Origin: Haliotis rubra
Lineage: Eukaryota
Direction of reading: 5' to 3'
NCBI RefSeq assembly: GCF_003918875.1
Contig: NW_025766991.1
Location: 2,914,001 to 2,978,000, forward strand
Length of the DNA: 64,000 nt
The notes under the pieces were generated by a model, which made no database searches, was not told where the DNA came from, and saw only the letters and a program-made list of their open reading frames with translations. Position 1 is the first letter of the stretch; each line of letters begins with the position of its first letter. Shown one piece after another: positions 39,301-54,300 of the stretch. Both the position numbers and the translations under genes were made by a program.

Positions 39301-42300
39301 CTCATCAAACAGGGGCAGTCTGTGACATCTTAGTTAAGGTGATGCTGCCGACACCTCGCCATAAAATATAGAAATACGATGTTATTAAAGTTTAAACTTA
39401 AAATTAACTTGTAAATACCATTTTATTATGAAACAAGGAATTGGAATTCAGTGTAACCATAGTTATGGTGTCTCTTTTCACTTTCACACGAGAAAATTCA
39501 GATCGGCTGAAAAGTAGGTCATTGTCTGAATAGGTTAATGAGACTCATGTTTCGGTTTGTTAAAATCTATGCATACTTATTTTCCCTTTATAAGTTTCTC
39601 GGAAATTCTTGCGTCAGGAATTGTGTCAAACATAGCGCTCACATTTTATTAACATTCACAAAGTCTGTGTATGAACTTAATTATCTCATTTCCGATTGAA
39701 CATTGAAAAACGCTGGCAGAATTTGACGAAAAGTGGTTTTGTCTTGATCTTAAGGTGTCTTATAGTTGGTGTTAGAATTCAAGATTTTAGTATCGTGATA
39801 CATATCATATCGCCACCCTTGTATCGGGATTCGTATCGTATCGCAGCTTCAGTGCACAATACTTTGACAATATATCATCGTGACTAAAATTTTAGTATCG
39901 GGATGTATCGTATCGCAGTTTGTATGCCAATACCAGCACTAATATCTATTTTTGCTTCAATGGGATAAACATTTGAAATTGAAGATACTTTCAATAGTAT
40001 GTACTGCCATAAACTATCAAACATTAATTAGACATTCCAGTAAACTATTGTGAAGTCTTAAAATTTTGAATCAATATCACTTAAAGAGTCATCTGCTTAT
40101 GGGAGTTGCCAGTTTGAAAGAACAGCTGTAAAGCTCGAGAAAGCTGCTTTCTGACTGGCTAATGTTGACTTCTTGTTAGTCACATTATTAGTCGGTCAAA
40201 GGTTACACGAAGGTCATTCTGATGTGATGCTTAATGTGATTTCCATGGATCATTGTTTAGCAGTAGCTAGAACTAAGATCTGATATCAATGAGACTGACA
40301 TGACCCTGAGGTTGAGGTGTTGGGATCGAGCCCACCTGTGACCGGGTGTAAAAGATCAATAATCAGTGTTGAGGTCAGTAATTGATCAACAATCAATATA
40401 ATCATAAACCCCAGCACACAACTCAAGTTGGCAGTAACAGGACACAATCATAACACTGTGCAAAGGAAACAGGCAATTAATACAACTACAAGACAATCTT
40501 GGATAGTTCCTGTTGAGACATGCACACAAGGATGTTGTTTATGGATGTTGTAACAGCTAATATAACAAAATTCTGAAATTTTTTTAAAAATAGCTGACAA
40601 AGGCACATCAATGGGTAATGATTAACATGTGTGTGAAGTTGGTGAATCTAATCATAACACTTTAAGAGTTATGCTCCAAGACAAAGTTTGTTGAGACATG
40701 GACAAGGATCGTTGAATGCAGTTTTACAAGTCAGGAAACTGCATCAGTTGATTATATCTTTATCTAATAAACATAACAATATATGAGGTGAGGTGAAATT
40801 GGGTTTAACGTCGTGCTTGAGAATATTTCGCTCATATGACAACATGCATGAGTGTGTATGTATGTGCGCTGCTTGTACTAGCCCAGACTTAAGCTGGTTT
40901 TATAGTGCTAGCCCACTGAGATACCATGCCGCAGTGAAGCATGAATACCCCACTCAGACACATTATACTGACTCCGAGCAGACCAGTCCTTGTTGTACCC
41001 ATTAATGCCGAGCGCCAGTCAGGGACCAACAAGTACCATATTTTAACGTCTTTTGGTATGACGCGGTCGGGGATCAAACCTGCAACCTTCCGCTCTCGGG
41101 CGGACGCTCTAACCACTACACCACGGAGGCGGTCAAACATAACAATAAGAAACATACTTCCTAAAGTTTAATTTCATCTTTTATGAATATTGATTACTCT
41201 CCCATCGATAAATGCTGAACCAAGCGAGATAGATCAATCACTCCAGCACTACCTCAGACTATGGTTTAGCAGTAACATGAAGTAAGATCGGATTTAAATG
41301 AGATTGAACTTGAGCATAAATATCTGTTCACTGATGAACTTACCCCTGTAATGCCCTCTGTCTCTGTGCAGCTCTCATCTTCTGTATGATGGAGGTACAG
41401 TCACATATCTGTACACTGATGAACTTACCCCTGTAATGCCCTCTGTCTCTGTGCAGCTCTCATCTTCTGTATGATGGAGGTACAGTCAAACACGTCTGTG
41501 TCCTGACCCTTCCCAGACATCGCAGGCTGCTGATGTGAATCAGCTGCACCAGACGACACCCCTTCCTGAAAAAAACAGTAACTACAGTGGAGACAGATTT
41601 CTTGGTCTATGTGTTGCCAAAGTCAAAACATATCTGTGATAAACAGTGAATATCATATAGACCAGACTTCAGAGATTAATTGTATGTGACTAATTTTGAT
41701 TCAATAATAAATGTAATTATCCTTTGTTAAATCAATGAATGTACACATAAACCCATTCATCAATCAGTCACAAATCAATATTTTCAGTGAAGAATAAGCT
41801 CCAAAAATTGCAAAGCGAAAACATTGACAAACAATTCTTATAAATGCAGCCAAAAAGGAAAAGAAAACCATGTAGATATTAAGCAGTGGCAGGTTCAATA
41901 AACTGATTTATCCAGTAATGACTTTTGAAATAGCAACAAATTCCAATCATTCAGTGTGGTTACCTGTGCTGCAATTTCTGCCAATTTGACCTTGTCTGGA
42001 CCATCTCCGCTGGCATTATGCTCCTTTCCAGCATCTTCATGAGCCTCATGCATGACATCTTGCATGACTTCGCTGACCTTCTGGATGTTGACGTGGTCAT
42101 GGTGACACAGCTTCCCCTGTCGCCGCAACATCATGTGTGCCGCCTGCTGCAACAACTGGTGTTGGCGCTGTTCAACAAGCTGCTTCTTCTGTTTCTGAAT
42201 TTCCTGTTGAGCCTGAAACAGTTTCATCTTACGGAACACTTTGGTCTCCTCCTCAATATCATCGAAGTCCGAGCTATCCTCACTCTCACGAGGACAAAGC

Positions 42301-45300
42301 TGTTTCAAACGCACAAGCTTTGCCTGCTTCAACAACTCTTCATCAGAGTTTAAGTAGTCAGACTCCTCCTCATCATGACTATGACCACAACATTCATCAA
42401 CTTCGGAACTCTCGCCTTCCGATTCTTCCACCTTCTCCATCTTTCTGCCCAGTTTCTTCATCCCCTTAATGCCCTTGACTTTCCGATGCCCAATGAATCC
42501 CTTCCCACCTTCCTTCACTTCTCCAGTATCATCACTGGACTCAGTACATTCCACATCACTTTCACTCGCCTCCCCTGGGTGACGAGCCAACTTTTTCTGT
42601 CTAATCTTCATCTTCCGAAGCTGCTCAGTCTGAGCCTCTCCCTCAATGCCACTTTCTTCGCTCTCATTGCTGAAGTCCGATCCTACCCCGAGACTGCTCT
42701 CGGACTCATCTACAACCTTGTGGTGATGGTGGTGCTGACAGCAGTGGTCCCTGACAGCTCCCCTCAGACCCTCCTCGGCACCCAGGTGCCCTCGCTTCAC
42801 CTGCCAATCAACACAGCATTTCACATTGTATTTTGTTGAAGCAACTTTCAAGAAACAACTAAAGGTGTCAACATTAATTATATCTTTCCATCTTTGCAAA
42901 TCTAGATAAAACATTAATGCGTAAGGCTCCAGTGTTGGTAACCATCTTTAATTTTCACTAAGCCAACCTAACATGTCCTCTTCATCAACTTGTGTAATGT
43001 ACACCATTCTTGGGAAGAAGTTTCATGAAAGATTGCTAACTGAAAAAGCACTTTAACTCTACAATTCTTTTTTTCCCCAATTATTTGTTACTAACTGAAT
43101 TAAAAACAAAAGCAACAAATAATTAAGCTCTTAGCAACTACTGACCCTATGCAGGTGCTCCCCCTCTTCGGACTCCTGGATGCTCTCACTGCTGCTGATG
43201 TTGTGTTTGCTTGGCTTCCCCAGACCAGCTGCAACACAAAGCAGCACTCAACACAACATTTTTCACCTCACAAACAAAAATTTCCTACAGTGGAACCAAC
43301 ATGACATCTCATTCAGGTTTCATACAACTACTCCAATTTTGAAATCATATTATAGCTTAAAACATCAGAAATGGAGCCGTTACATTCATGTTGCTAGCTG
43401 TTCAATGTCACCCAATGTTATCACCTGTTGAGGAGGACCGGAGGCAGGTATGTAAGAAAGAATATGACACAACAAACTGAGAGTGTGAGTACACTTTACC
43501 ACTGTCATATTTTGTCTGTCTGTTGGCTGCAAACCCATGAAGATTCAGGTTAGAATTGATCTTCAGTAACCCAAGATCTCGCTGACTTGGTTGACACATG
43601 TCATCATATCCCAATTGCATAATACCATGATCACTGGACTGTCTGGTCCAAACTTGATTATTTACAGACCATCGCCATAGAGCTGGAATGTTGCTAACTG
43701 CAGAGTAAAACTAAGCTCACTCACTCACTGTTGGCTACACTTGGTCTGTAAATAATCCAGTGATCTGTTTGTTTGTTTGTTTGTTGTGGAATACCGCACT
43801 CAGCAATATTCCAGCTATTTAGTGGCAGTCTGCAAACAAGCAGTTGTCACTAAGGTAACATAATCCCCCACTGCAAATTATCAAATCAAACTTAAAAAGT
43901 AATGAAAGTGAAGGTCATAGTTTAAGATGAAATTAAATGACAACAAAAACATGACCAGTCAACCTCTCTTGATATCTTGCTCTGTAGCTGTTCAAACACA
44001 AATACTTTTAAGACTCACTTTGACCTTGACCTGAATGTCATGGTGTATGAAATATGCAAAAAAATAGTAATAAAGAAATTGCTTATAAAAACATTCAAGA
44101 GAAGTCTTGAAAGTCTATGAAGAAAATCCAGTGAACGGTTCTTGAGATATCTTTCTGACAAGCTTAAAATGCGGAAATCTTCAAAGTGTCGCCATGACCT
44201 TGAAACTTATATGAAGGTCACCAAAATTGCCTGGGCCCTGCGCCTTCCTTAGATGAAGCTTGGTGTCAAATATGAAGAAAATCCAGTGAACGGTTCTTGA
44301 GATATCTCGCTGACAAGCTTAAAATGCAGGTTAACATGCTAAAATCTTCAATCTGTCGCCTCGACCTTGAAATTTACGTGAAGGTCCCCAAAATCGACTA
44401 CATTCAGTGATTGACATCATGAGCATCTAAGCAATCAGGACACAATGACCCTGAAGTTTACTTCCATTAAACTTTGTTTGTTAACACAGCTTTCAATAGT
44501 CCAGCTACATGACATGAACTAAACATTTGGGATACAATGACATGTATCAACCTAGTTGGAAGCCACCCAATCTGATTAGTCTGGATTGTTGAAGACCAAT
44601 TTTATGATGATTTTCACAGGGGTTACCATGATACAGTATGACAAAAGTATGCACTGCTGCAGTCGCTATTCAACGAGTGAATGACTTCTGTTAAAATTCA
44701 TAACAATGATTTCTAAAACATCTGCGAAAAACAATATTAAAAACTTTCAAACATACAAATAAATCCCACATCTTGATGCACAGTTTATCGTGTTAGTAAG
44801 ACACAAAATCGGGAAAATATGAGGTACCTATTCAGCCCCGGATCATCACAGGGTCATGTAAACGTGTGTTATATTCTCACCGATCTCCATCTCCTCCTCG
44901 TCCTGCCTGATGGCTGTGTAGGACGCCTGTAGGTGTGGTTGTAGATGTTGCTGTACCATTGCACCGTGGTGTTGTGCCGTCGCACACTGGTTCCAGATGT
45001 ACTTGATTAATGCAGATGCCAGGTAAAGGGTCTGCAGCACAGAAGGTTGTGGTTGATAGTCATACTAATACAAATAGGTTGTACAACTTGAGATGTGATT
45101 GAAATAAGGCATGAATTATGAACTTAAATTTCCCCAGATTACAAAATCTTTTGAAAGTTTAAATGCCCCAGATTTAAATATCCGGTGAAATTTGAAATGC
45201 CCCACATTCAAATATTTGGTGAAATTTGAAAAGCCCCACATTCAAATATCTGGTGAAAGTTGAAATGCCCCACATTCAAATATCTGGTGAAAGTTGAAAT

Positions 45301-48300
45301 GCCCCACATTCAAATATCTGGTGAAAGTTGAAATTCACCAGAGCTAGGATGTTAACAGAGGGACATCTAGTTTTACATATTTGGCATGCAGAAAATATCC
45401 CTAAACATTGTCATTTACAGCTATCATAACCTTCTGACAATAACCAAAAATAAATCATCAACTTACAGATTCTGTGAGCACCGTCGGTTCTAGAGCAGAG
45501 ACCAGTTTCAGCAGATGTTGTACAGGAGGCAGATCCAGGTTTTTGATCAAAGAGATGAGGATGTCATACACTTGTTTACTGCAATGCTTTAGCTGCAACA
45601 GGTACACAAGTACTTAATACATGAACAGAAGCAGTTGCCAGTGCATTGGGTTGTTTTCCTGTCCCTGACAAGCAGCCCACACACAGTCTACGTACATAAA
45701 CCTGACTAGCAGCCCACACAGAGTCTATGTAAACTAACCTGACAAGCAGCCCACACAGTCTACGTACATAAACCTGACTAGCAGCCCACACACAGTCTAC
45801 ATACACTAACCTCACTAGCAGTCCACACACAGTCTACGTAAACTAACCTGACTACCAGCCCACACAGAGTCTACGTACATAGACCTGACTAGCAGCCCAC
45901 ACACAGTCTACGTACATAGACCTGACTAGCAGCCCACACACAGTCTATGTAAACTGACCTGACTAGCAGCCCACACACAGTCACTGACCTCACTCTATGT
46001 AAACTGACCTGTAAACTAGCAGCCCACACACAGTCTACGTAAACTAACCTGACTAGCAGCCCACACACAGTCTATGTAAACTAACCTGACTAGCAGCCCA
46101 CACACAGTCTATGTAAACTAACCTGACTAGCAGCCCACACACAGTCTACGTAAACTAACCTGACTAGCAGCCCACACAGTCAGTCTAACCTGACTAGCAG
46201 TAACAGTCTAACCTGACCTGACTACTAGCAGCCCACACACAGTCTACGTAAACTAACCTGACTAGCAGCCCACACACAGTCTAGTCTACGTAAACTAACC
46301 TGACTAGCAGCCCACACACAGTCTACGTAAAAACTAACCTGACTAGCAGCCCACACACAGTCTACGTAAACTAACCTGACTAGCAGCCCACACACAGTCT
46401 ACGTAAACTAACCTGACTAGCAGCCCACACACAGTCTACGTAAACTAACCTGACTAGCAGCCCACACACAGTCTACGTAAACTAACCTGACTAGCAGCCC
46501 ACACACAGTCTACGTAAACTAACCTGACTAGCAGCCCACACACAGTCTATGTGCTCATTGGTTATTCTCCACTCCATCGCCAGGAAGTTTAGGATTATCT
46601 GACTCTGCTTGATTATCTGCAATAAACAACAAACAACAGTCAACAGCAGTCAATTACCGTTAGCTTTACGGCAAGAAAATAAACAAGCTTTACATCTTAT
46701 TCATAGGCAACCAAATCTAAATGATATCTTCCTGTAACTGCTCTCCATATAAGCACATATACATATAGAACCCATATTCCTCTCATGACAATTTGAGGGG
46801 CGGTGGGGTAGCCTAGTGGTTAACGTGTCCGCTTGTCACGCTGCAGACCTGGGTTCGATTCCCCACATGCGTACAATGAGTGAAGCCCATTTCTGGTGTC
46901 CCCCGCCGTGATATTGCTGGAATATTGCTAAAAGCATTGTAAAACCATACTCACTCATGACAATTTAAACGCCAGCGTGGCAATGAGTTACCAACCAACC
47001 ACCATTTCAGAGACTGACATATAATGACTTTCTTGTAATGCTTGCTTTCAATAATTTAAGAGAAGTGTTAATGATGCAGTTGACTGTTTTTCCAGGAATT
47101 TCTGCAGAATTTATATGCAACATTTATTGCCCCTGTTTCTCATGCTTACTTCCACATGAAGATTCGGACCAAATATATGCTCTATTATCTTGTTGTCAAT
47201 CAGCCACTGTGCCACCTCATTACCAACTCTGAAATAAAATAACAAAGTGAATAATATGCACTTGTAAAACAAAACACCTTACATCATACAAATTTACAGC
47301 TCGGCCTTTGCGGTGAATGCAACGAACAGCTCAGCCTTTGCATTGAACCTAACAAAAGCTCGGCCCTTGCAACACAATGGAGAGCTCAGCCTATGCACTG
47401 AATACAACGGACAGCTCAGCCTATGCACTGAATACAATGGACAGCTCAGCCTATGCACTGAATACAACGGATAGCTCGGCCTATGCACTGAATACAATGG
47501 ACAACTCGGCCCTTGCACTGAATACAACGGACAGCTCGGCCCTTGCACTGAATACAACGGACAGCTCAGCCTATGCACTGAATACAACGGACAGCTCAGC
47601 CTATGCACTGAATACAATGGACAGCTCGGCCTATGCACTGAATACAATGGACAACTCACCCTATGCACTGAATACAATGGACAGCTCGGCCCTTTCACTG
47701 AATACAAAGGACAGCTCGGCCTATGCACTAAATACAATGGACAACTCGGCCCTTGCACTGAATACAACAGACAGCTCGGCCCTTGCACTGAATGCAACAT
47801 ACAGCTCGGCCTATGCACTAAATACAACGGACAGCTCAGCCTATGCACTGAATACAATGGGCAGCTTGGCCTATGCACTGAATACAATGGACAACTCGGC
47901 CCTTGCACTGAATACAATGGACAACCCGGCCCTTGCACTGAATACAACAGACAGCTCAGCCTTTGTGTTAAACACAACAGACGGCTAAAGAGAGAAGTGA
48001 CTGTTCGTAACTTATTGTTTCACATGATTAGATCAACAAAAGTTGAATATAAAATATTTCCAAGCCAATATATTGATATGGAAAATGCCTGAAATTTAGC
48101 CAAACCCGTTTAACATTAGACAAAGACTTGGGCAAGTGCAACTGTGCTGTCCTAAGGTCTCTATGATTCTCTGTGCCCAATTTCTTTGTTCAAACATCAC
48201 ACTTAATTCTCAACTTCTGAAATCATTATGAAAGACATTTTCTTTGACAATAATCCAGTAAACTCTCACCTGTCCGCATCTACAAGTGTTTCATTGTTGC

Positions 48301-51300
48301 AGCTCTCATTGTACAAGTTTATCTGGTTCTGGAACGAAACAGAAAGCTTCATGGACACTTACAACAGGCACTTTTCACCACATTCTCAGATCAGTGTTCA
48401 ACCTTTAGTTGTATGTAATGACACAATTATATTAATATACAATGTCACATAGTTCCATGATTAACTGCATCAGTCTTCAAATGTACATGATATGTCTTTA
48501 TAACAGGACTCTTGAATATATTTTTTTCTTACAACATTCTCATAAAATGTATTTCAAATAATGTTTCCAAAGTGACAAAGCATTCATACAAAACTAAACA
48601 TGGCATTTTGAATTGGTGAGAATATGACAGAATGATAATAGACATTGTCTTTACATCAGTAACATAAGCCATAAAACAGCAGTATCAGGGCTTTATCACA
48701 AAAATATCAAGGCACAATGACAATCAATCTGATGGTGGCCATCCGTTGCCTATTGCCAGCAGTTGGAACATTTCCTGCTTCAGAATCTCAATGATCACAG
48801 AAAATCCTGGTAGGCAGTCCTTACAAGAAATATGGGTTGCTGAAGACAAATTCTAACCCTGAGCGGGAGGGTGGGGTAGCCTAATGGTTAAAGCGTTTGC
48901 CCATCACACTAAAGATCTGGGTTCAATTCCCCACATGGGTACAATGTGTGAAGCCCATTTCTGGTGTTCCCCACCATGATGTTGCTGGAATATTGCTAAA
49001 AGCGGCGAAAAACTAAACTCATTCAGTGTGTGTTTTTTGTAATTTGTAATAACATTGATTAAGTGATATTATTATGGGTCACAATGTTTAAAGTTTTGAG
49101 TGTGGGTTGTGGCTCACATCTCGCATATCATATATGTTCAATGGGAATAGTATTTTTAGCGGCACGCCTTATTGATAGCACTTTAGAGTTGCCTCCCTTG
49201 GCAATCTTGTTTATTTACGGCTTTCATCATGCCATTTGCTCCACCGATTTCGTGAACATTCTGAGTGCATAATGAAGCTGCCTAGCTTTGCTAGAATGTT
49301 TGAGAATCATGTAAGAGCTATATAAAGGCTGGTTGTTGCGTTGTGCGTAGAACTTATTCCATGACTGGAGTTATACACATCTGTCTGCTGTCATCGAGCT
49401 GATACATCTGCCTACCGTCGTCAAGTCTGTCTGTCAACATTTCAAGACCGTGCTTGACTATTCTACAACTGTCATTGTAAACAACCTTCAATCAGTATAT
49501 CTGTTCTCACCATGAATGTCAAGACTGGTGAGTTAATATTTTAGATTTGTGACCCAATATTTTAGATTTGTGTTTCAATTGCATTGTACTAGATATCTGT
49601 ATTGGCATTCATTGTAGCTTGCTCATTGTTTGCTCAATATATTATTGAATATTTTAGACTTGTCTGTGTTCTATTTTGCTGGTTCAAAGGGGACTCTTAA
49701 ACCTTTTGTCACAGCAAATTTATTAACCGTAACACAGGTGAATGACGAAGCAGCAATGAGTAACTCCAAAAGGTGTATGGCTAACAGTGAGTGAATGAGT
49801 ATGGTTTTACGCCGCTTTTAGCAATATTCCAGCAATATCAAGGCAGGGGACACTGAATGCATAACAAAGAACTAGTTATCCACAATACTGCTTGTCATTA
49901 TCCAACCTCTAAATACCTATGCAGACTATCATCACGCTAACATGTTATGTGCTACTTACATTGATCTGCGCAATGCCGGCTAGTCTGATTGTCAGTGTTG
50001 AACACGTGAAGTACTTAAAAGCAAGGTCAAGACCTTCCTTGTCGAAGGTGAAGTGTGTGTCCAGTGGCTCCTTCACTGCAGCCCACATGAGGTCCGTCAT
50101 GCTACGATTTCCAGCTACTCGTAAGTCTTTGTCGGATAAGTTGCACATGTACCTGAAATAGAAGTAATGAACAAGAAAGTTTGAAAATGGGGATAAAAGT
50201 AAAAGGGTCATTTTTATAAAAGCTTAACTCAAACCTTGATCAGTACTCTGCTCATAATGTAGATACTACTGTCAATGACGCTTATAATCATTAACACTTA
50301 CAAATGAAAATATACCAAATTCTCTATGCCATATTTGATTGTAGTTTTATACTGTGCAATATTCTAACTATATGACAGCGGTCTGTAAATATAGGTCAAG
50401 TGATAGCAGCAGCAGCTAATGGACGCCTACCTTATCACAGAAGTTCTAAGTGGTATTATACACTGCAGCACGGTGGGGATGTTCATCCATAACCTCAACT
50501 ACAAAAGAAAACATACAGAACTTAGTTCTCAAACACCACCACATCAATATCATTAGGTAGTGAACAAAAAACACAAACAATCGGGACAATAGGGGATTTT
50601 CAAGGACAAAGGCCCCAGCTGGATCAAAATTCAAAAACATATTATATATCATATTATTATGCTATTAACCTAATACATATATATTACATATCAATGATTA
50701 ACCAAGAATAAAAAAAGTGGTAGAGAAATGGCAAATGGCAAATGAAAAATGGCAAATTCAAAACTACTTCTATGGCAGCCATCTTGAAAATCTAATCAAG
50801 TCAGAATCTGTGAACACTTATCAAGGTCGTGTGGTTTCAGGCAAGATGTTGAAAATGTAAAATGAGCCAGGACATTTGTGACCTTCAAGTTTTCATTAAA
50901 ATTGAGCAGACCCAAGTCAGACCACTGATGATAACACATTGCACCAGGAATCAATAAAGTCAAGTTTGAGGAGGTCAACAACTCCTGCACCTGTCACCAA
51001 CTGATGTCCTGTCCACAATAGCCTCATGTTGCAATATAGTGATCATCATCTTAGTTTCTTAACATAGCAAGAAATAAAACTTCAAACTTTAAAAAAAAAA
51101 TTATACTCCTTTGTCTTTGACAATTAACAAACTGAATTGTTAGTTGAACATCACTTAGGAACAACGAAAATATCTTTTGCCCTTACCAGTTACCCTTCAG
51201 AGGGAAAAAGATAATTGTGACCATGTGACCTTCATTTCAGTCAACTCTTACAAAAAGAAGGCATTCAAGGGATCTGTTCTTACTTTGCTAAACGAAACCA

Positions 51301-54300
51301 AGACAAGCATCTACTGTAAACTCACATTAGCTATAAGAGTGATCAGGAGATGGGCGAAGGTGAAAGGAAGCGTATCCGGTGTTGCTTTCTCAAAGCACTG
51401 TCGTAGTGACGTGATGCCGTTACTGTCACAGAAGAAACACACGTTCCTCAGCAGATACAGTGGCACCTCTGGATCCTGAAATAAACAGACATACACTGAA
51501 GTATACAGAGTAGATAGGGAACAGGCTTATAGGGCTCCACTGTAAGCTAGAGAACTAAGGATAACCAAGCTAGTCAAGTTTTAGTTCATCTGTCATCAAG
51601 TAGAAGACAAGTCTCCGAATTCTTGTCTAATGATTCCTAACCAACATAACAGTAGCAGAAGTACATTGGCTATTGGAAATGAGTGAAAATGAGTGGTCTG
51701 TTGGCTATGAAAAGGTCCTGTGATAAGATATCTCTAACAATGCAGCTGACCAGCAGGTTGATCACCTTGATACTGGACAAACCATGTTCTATGGGCATTC
51801 ATACGATAGCTACAGGACTATATAAAAATACACGTCCATATGTAAACACATTTAATGTGAATATATCAGTGTTTGCGTCAGGCACCGACAGCAATTTGGT
51901 AAAGAAGCAGGGAATTTTTTTAGTACAGAATGATCATAGATTTTTCTCAAATATAGTTTTCCAAAATCAGGTTCCCCCTTAAAAAAATATCCAGTTGATC
52001 TTAAAGTGAACATATGGGTTTCATTTGATAACAAGACAAGCTTCATAATTTTGTTCTTGACTTTGCTTTAGACAAGAACCAGAAGTCAGTCTATGAGACT
52101 GAAACACCTACAATTTTGTTTCAAGAGCTTGATTTGATGTATCACAACACCTGTGCAACATAAATGGAAATGAAACCTGTCTTTGTGTCAGCTTTTATTT
52201 GCTGGTATCAATTTATCACTTTCTGTGTATGATTATATTTGTTAACAGCAGAGCGTTATCAAGACCACATTGGCCAATTTGCAGCCTGCAGCAAATGTTA
52301 ATAGAAATTCCCAATTCAATTTCAAATGTTACAATTCAATGTTAAAATAACTCATGATTTAGGAAAAGAACTTCTTTAAAAACTCCTAATTTTGGCAAAA
52401 AAACCCCATTCTTTCCAATTGGCCAGCCAAGGCACTTCATTTGAAATCATAGCTACACCCCTAAAAAGTCTGAATGAATGTGAATTTAATCTTAAATTAT
52501 GGTCATGTCTTAAATAAGAGCAAGTTAGGTTTTACTCCGCTTTTAGCAATATTCCAGCAATATCATGGCGGAGGGACACAAGAAATGGGCTTCACACATC
52601 ATAAGTAAGAAATTAATTCATATGCATATTCAGCAAATATGTTTCATTGTTTCTTTCTGCTCAAGCCTGGTTCAGAGGTATCTGTGATAATCCTACCATG
52701 AAAAAGAGGTCTAAGAGCCAATGTAATATTGAGTGGAGAGGCAAATTATTTAGGCTGTTCAAAAGGAGTTCCATATGTATGTATGCAGGCCATATACGCA
52801 AACTCTGACATATTGTAGAAAAAAAATTATTATAATCCTTGATGGGTCCTTACAGAAATTTCACAGTAGTTGTTGAGTGCACTGGTTTCCTGCTGTGATA
52901 ATTCCTGTAAAAGACAGACGCACAGACATGACACAATAAGCATATGAATGACCAACACTATTGCATAATTCAACTAGATACCTTGTACAAAACACTAGAG
53001 AAACAGGGATGTAATGGTAAGGTATCAAGGTAAGCAATACAAAAAAATATATAAACCCGTAACACTGTGAACACACATATGTAATCTTTTGTAATATTTG
53101 GCAAAATGGACCAAAAAATCACATAAAGTTGTTCATGTTATTTATGGATAATCAAACACAACAATATCTTCACACAGGTTGGAATCCTATTCTCTGTCAG
53201 TATGTGTCTGGTAATGGACTTGAGCACAAAAAATTATCTTTTTTTATTACAAGTTCAAGTTATGATGCATTTTCACAGTCTTAAGACAGATAAAAATCAT
53301 AACAATAGCATAAATATTTCGGTTCATCCTTGAGCGAAATGCATAGTAAAAAATCTACATTTAAAAGTGTCCATTTTAGAATGTGTACACTGCTGTCCAC
53401 CTTGTGATACCATCCCATGATGCCCCTGTCTAGTTACATCACTACTGCTATTGTCGAACTGCTTTCCTTCAACTACCTATCCTTTCACTCAAGTTTCAGC
53501 TACACTACTAACTGATAACTACATGTGGATGGAACGCTACCAGTTCTCAAAGCAAATTAAGGAAACCGCTTTAGCAATGTTCAAAAACTATTATTTCACA
53601 TAACTGAATTATTTTTTTTAAAGATTTGTACCATAATCGGTACATTCTTTATGTTAAGGTGTTAAAAACAAACATTTCTTAAGTACTTGGGGGGAAGTCA
53701 TCATAAATAATCCTTCATGTCACCTCCTTCACAAATAATATTCCAGACAATAAGCTGGCCATTGCCTCTTATCGGTCAAAGTTAAGGTAAGGGTATCCAG
53801 AAATTACAACATGTCTTTGCCGTAAGAGTAAAAAGTTAACAATAAACTTCCATCATTTGGATAGGCCCTGGTAATTGTAGTTTTAATTGTCACATTGTGA
53901 TAATAATACACAGTATCCGAGAGATTAAACATAATGAATGTGGGCTCTTGTCAATGTTGTTTAATTGTCAGGTTGTCAAATGACCAAGTGAGTGGTTAAA
54001 CAAAATAATGAATGGGTGACATTTTATGCCACAATCAGCAATATTCCAGCCATATCAAAGCAATCTGTAGAACATCAAGTCTATCCCAGGCCATCAAGTG
54101 ATTGATAGGATAGCCTGAATGATGACCCTAATGCTCGAGTGGGTAGATGACATCAGCTTTGTCACCAGATCATTACTCTAGCCAACTTGTATAACAAGCA
54201 TCTGGTGGTAACGTACTGATGTCTATGGTTTCACGGAATCTGAGACAACTGCTAATTTTGTCATCTTCATCAACAGATTCAGCTTATGCCATTAACACAG

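Noticed and set aside
45665-46550. CRISPR-like array of 37-bp repeats (also the 32-bp array)
   Set aside because: No unique spacers, eukaryotic context, and the units derive from exon junctions.
47294-47988. 227-aa and 203-aa ORFs on opposite strands
   Set aside because: By-products of a 30-bp minisatellite (unit a multiple of 3) inside an intron; no splice or homology support.
54110-54245. Possible C/D-box snoRNA (atgatga...ctga)
   Set aside because: Lies in what looks like a degenerate family C SINE; no terminal stem or recognisable rRNA guide.
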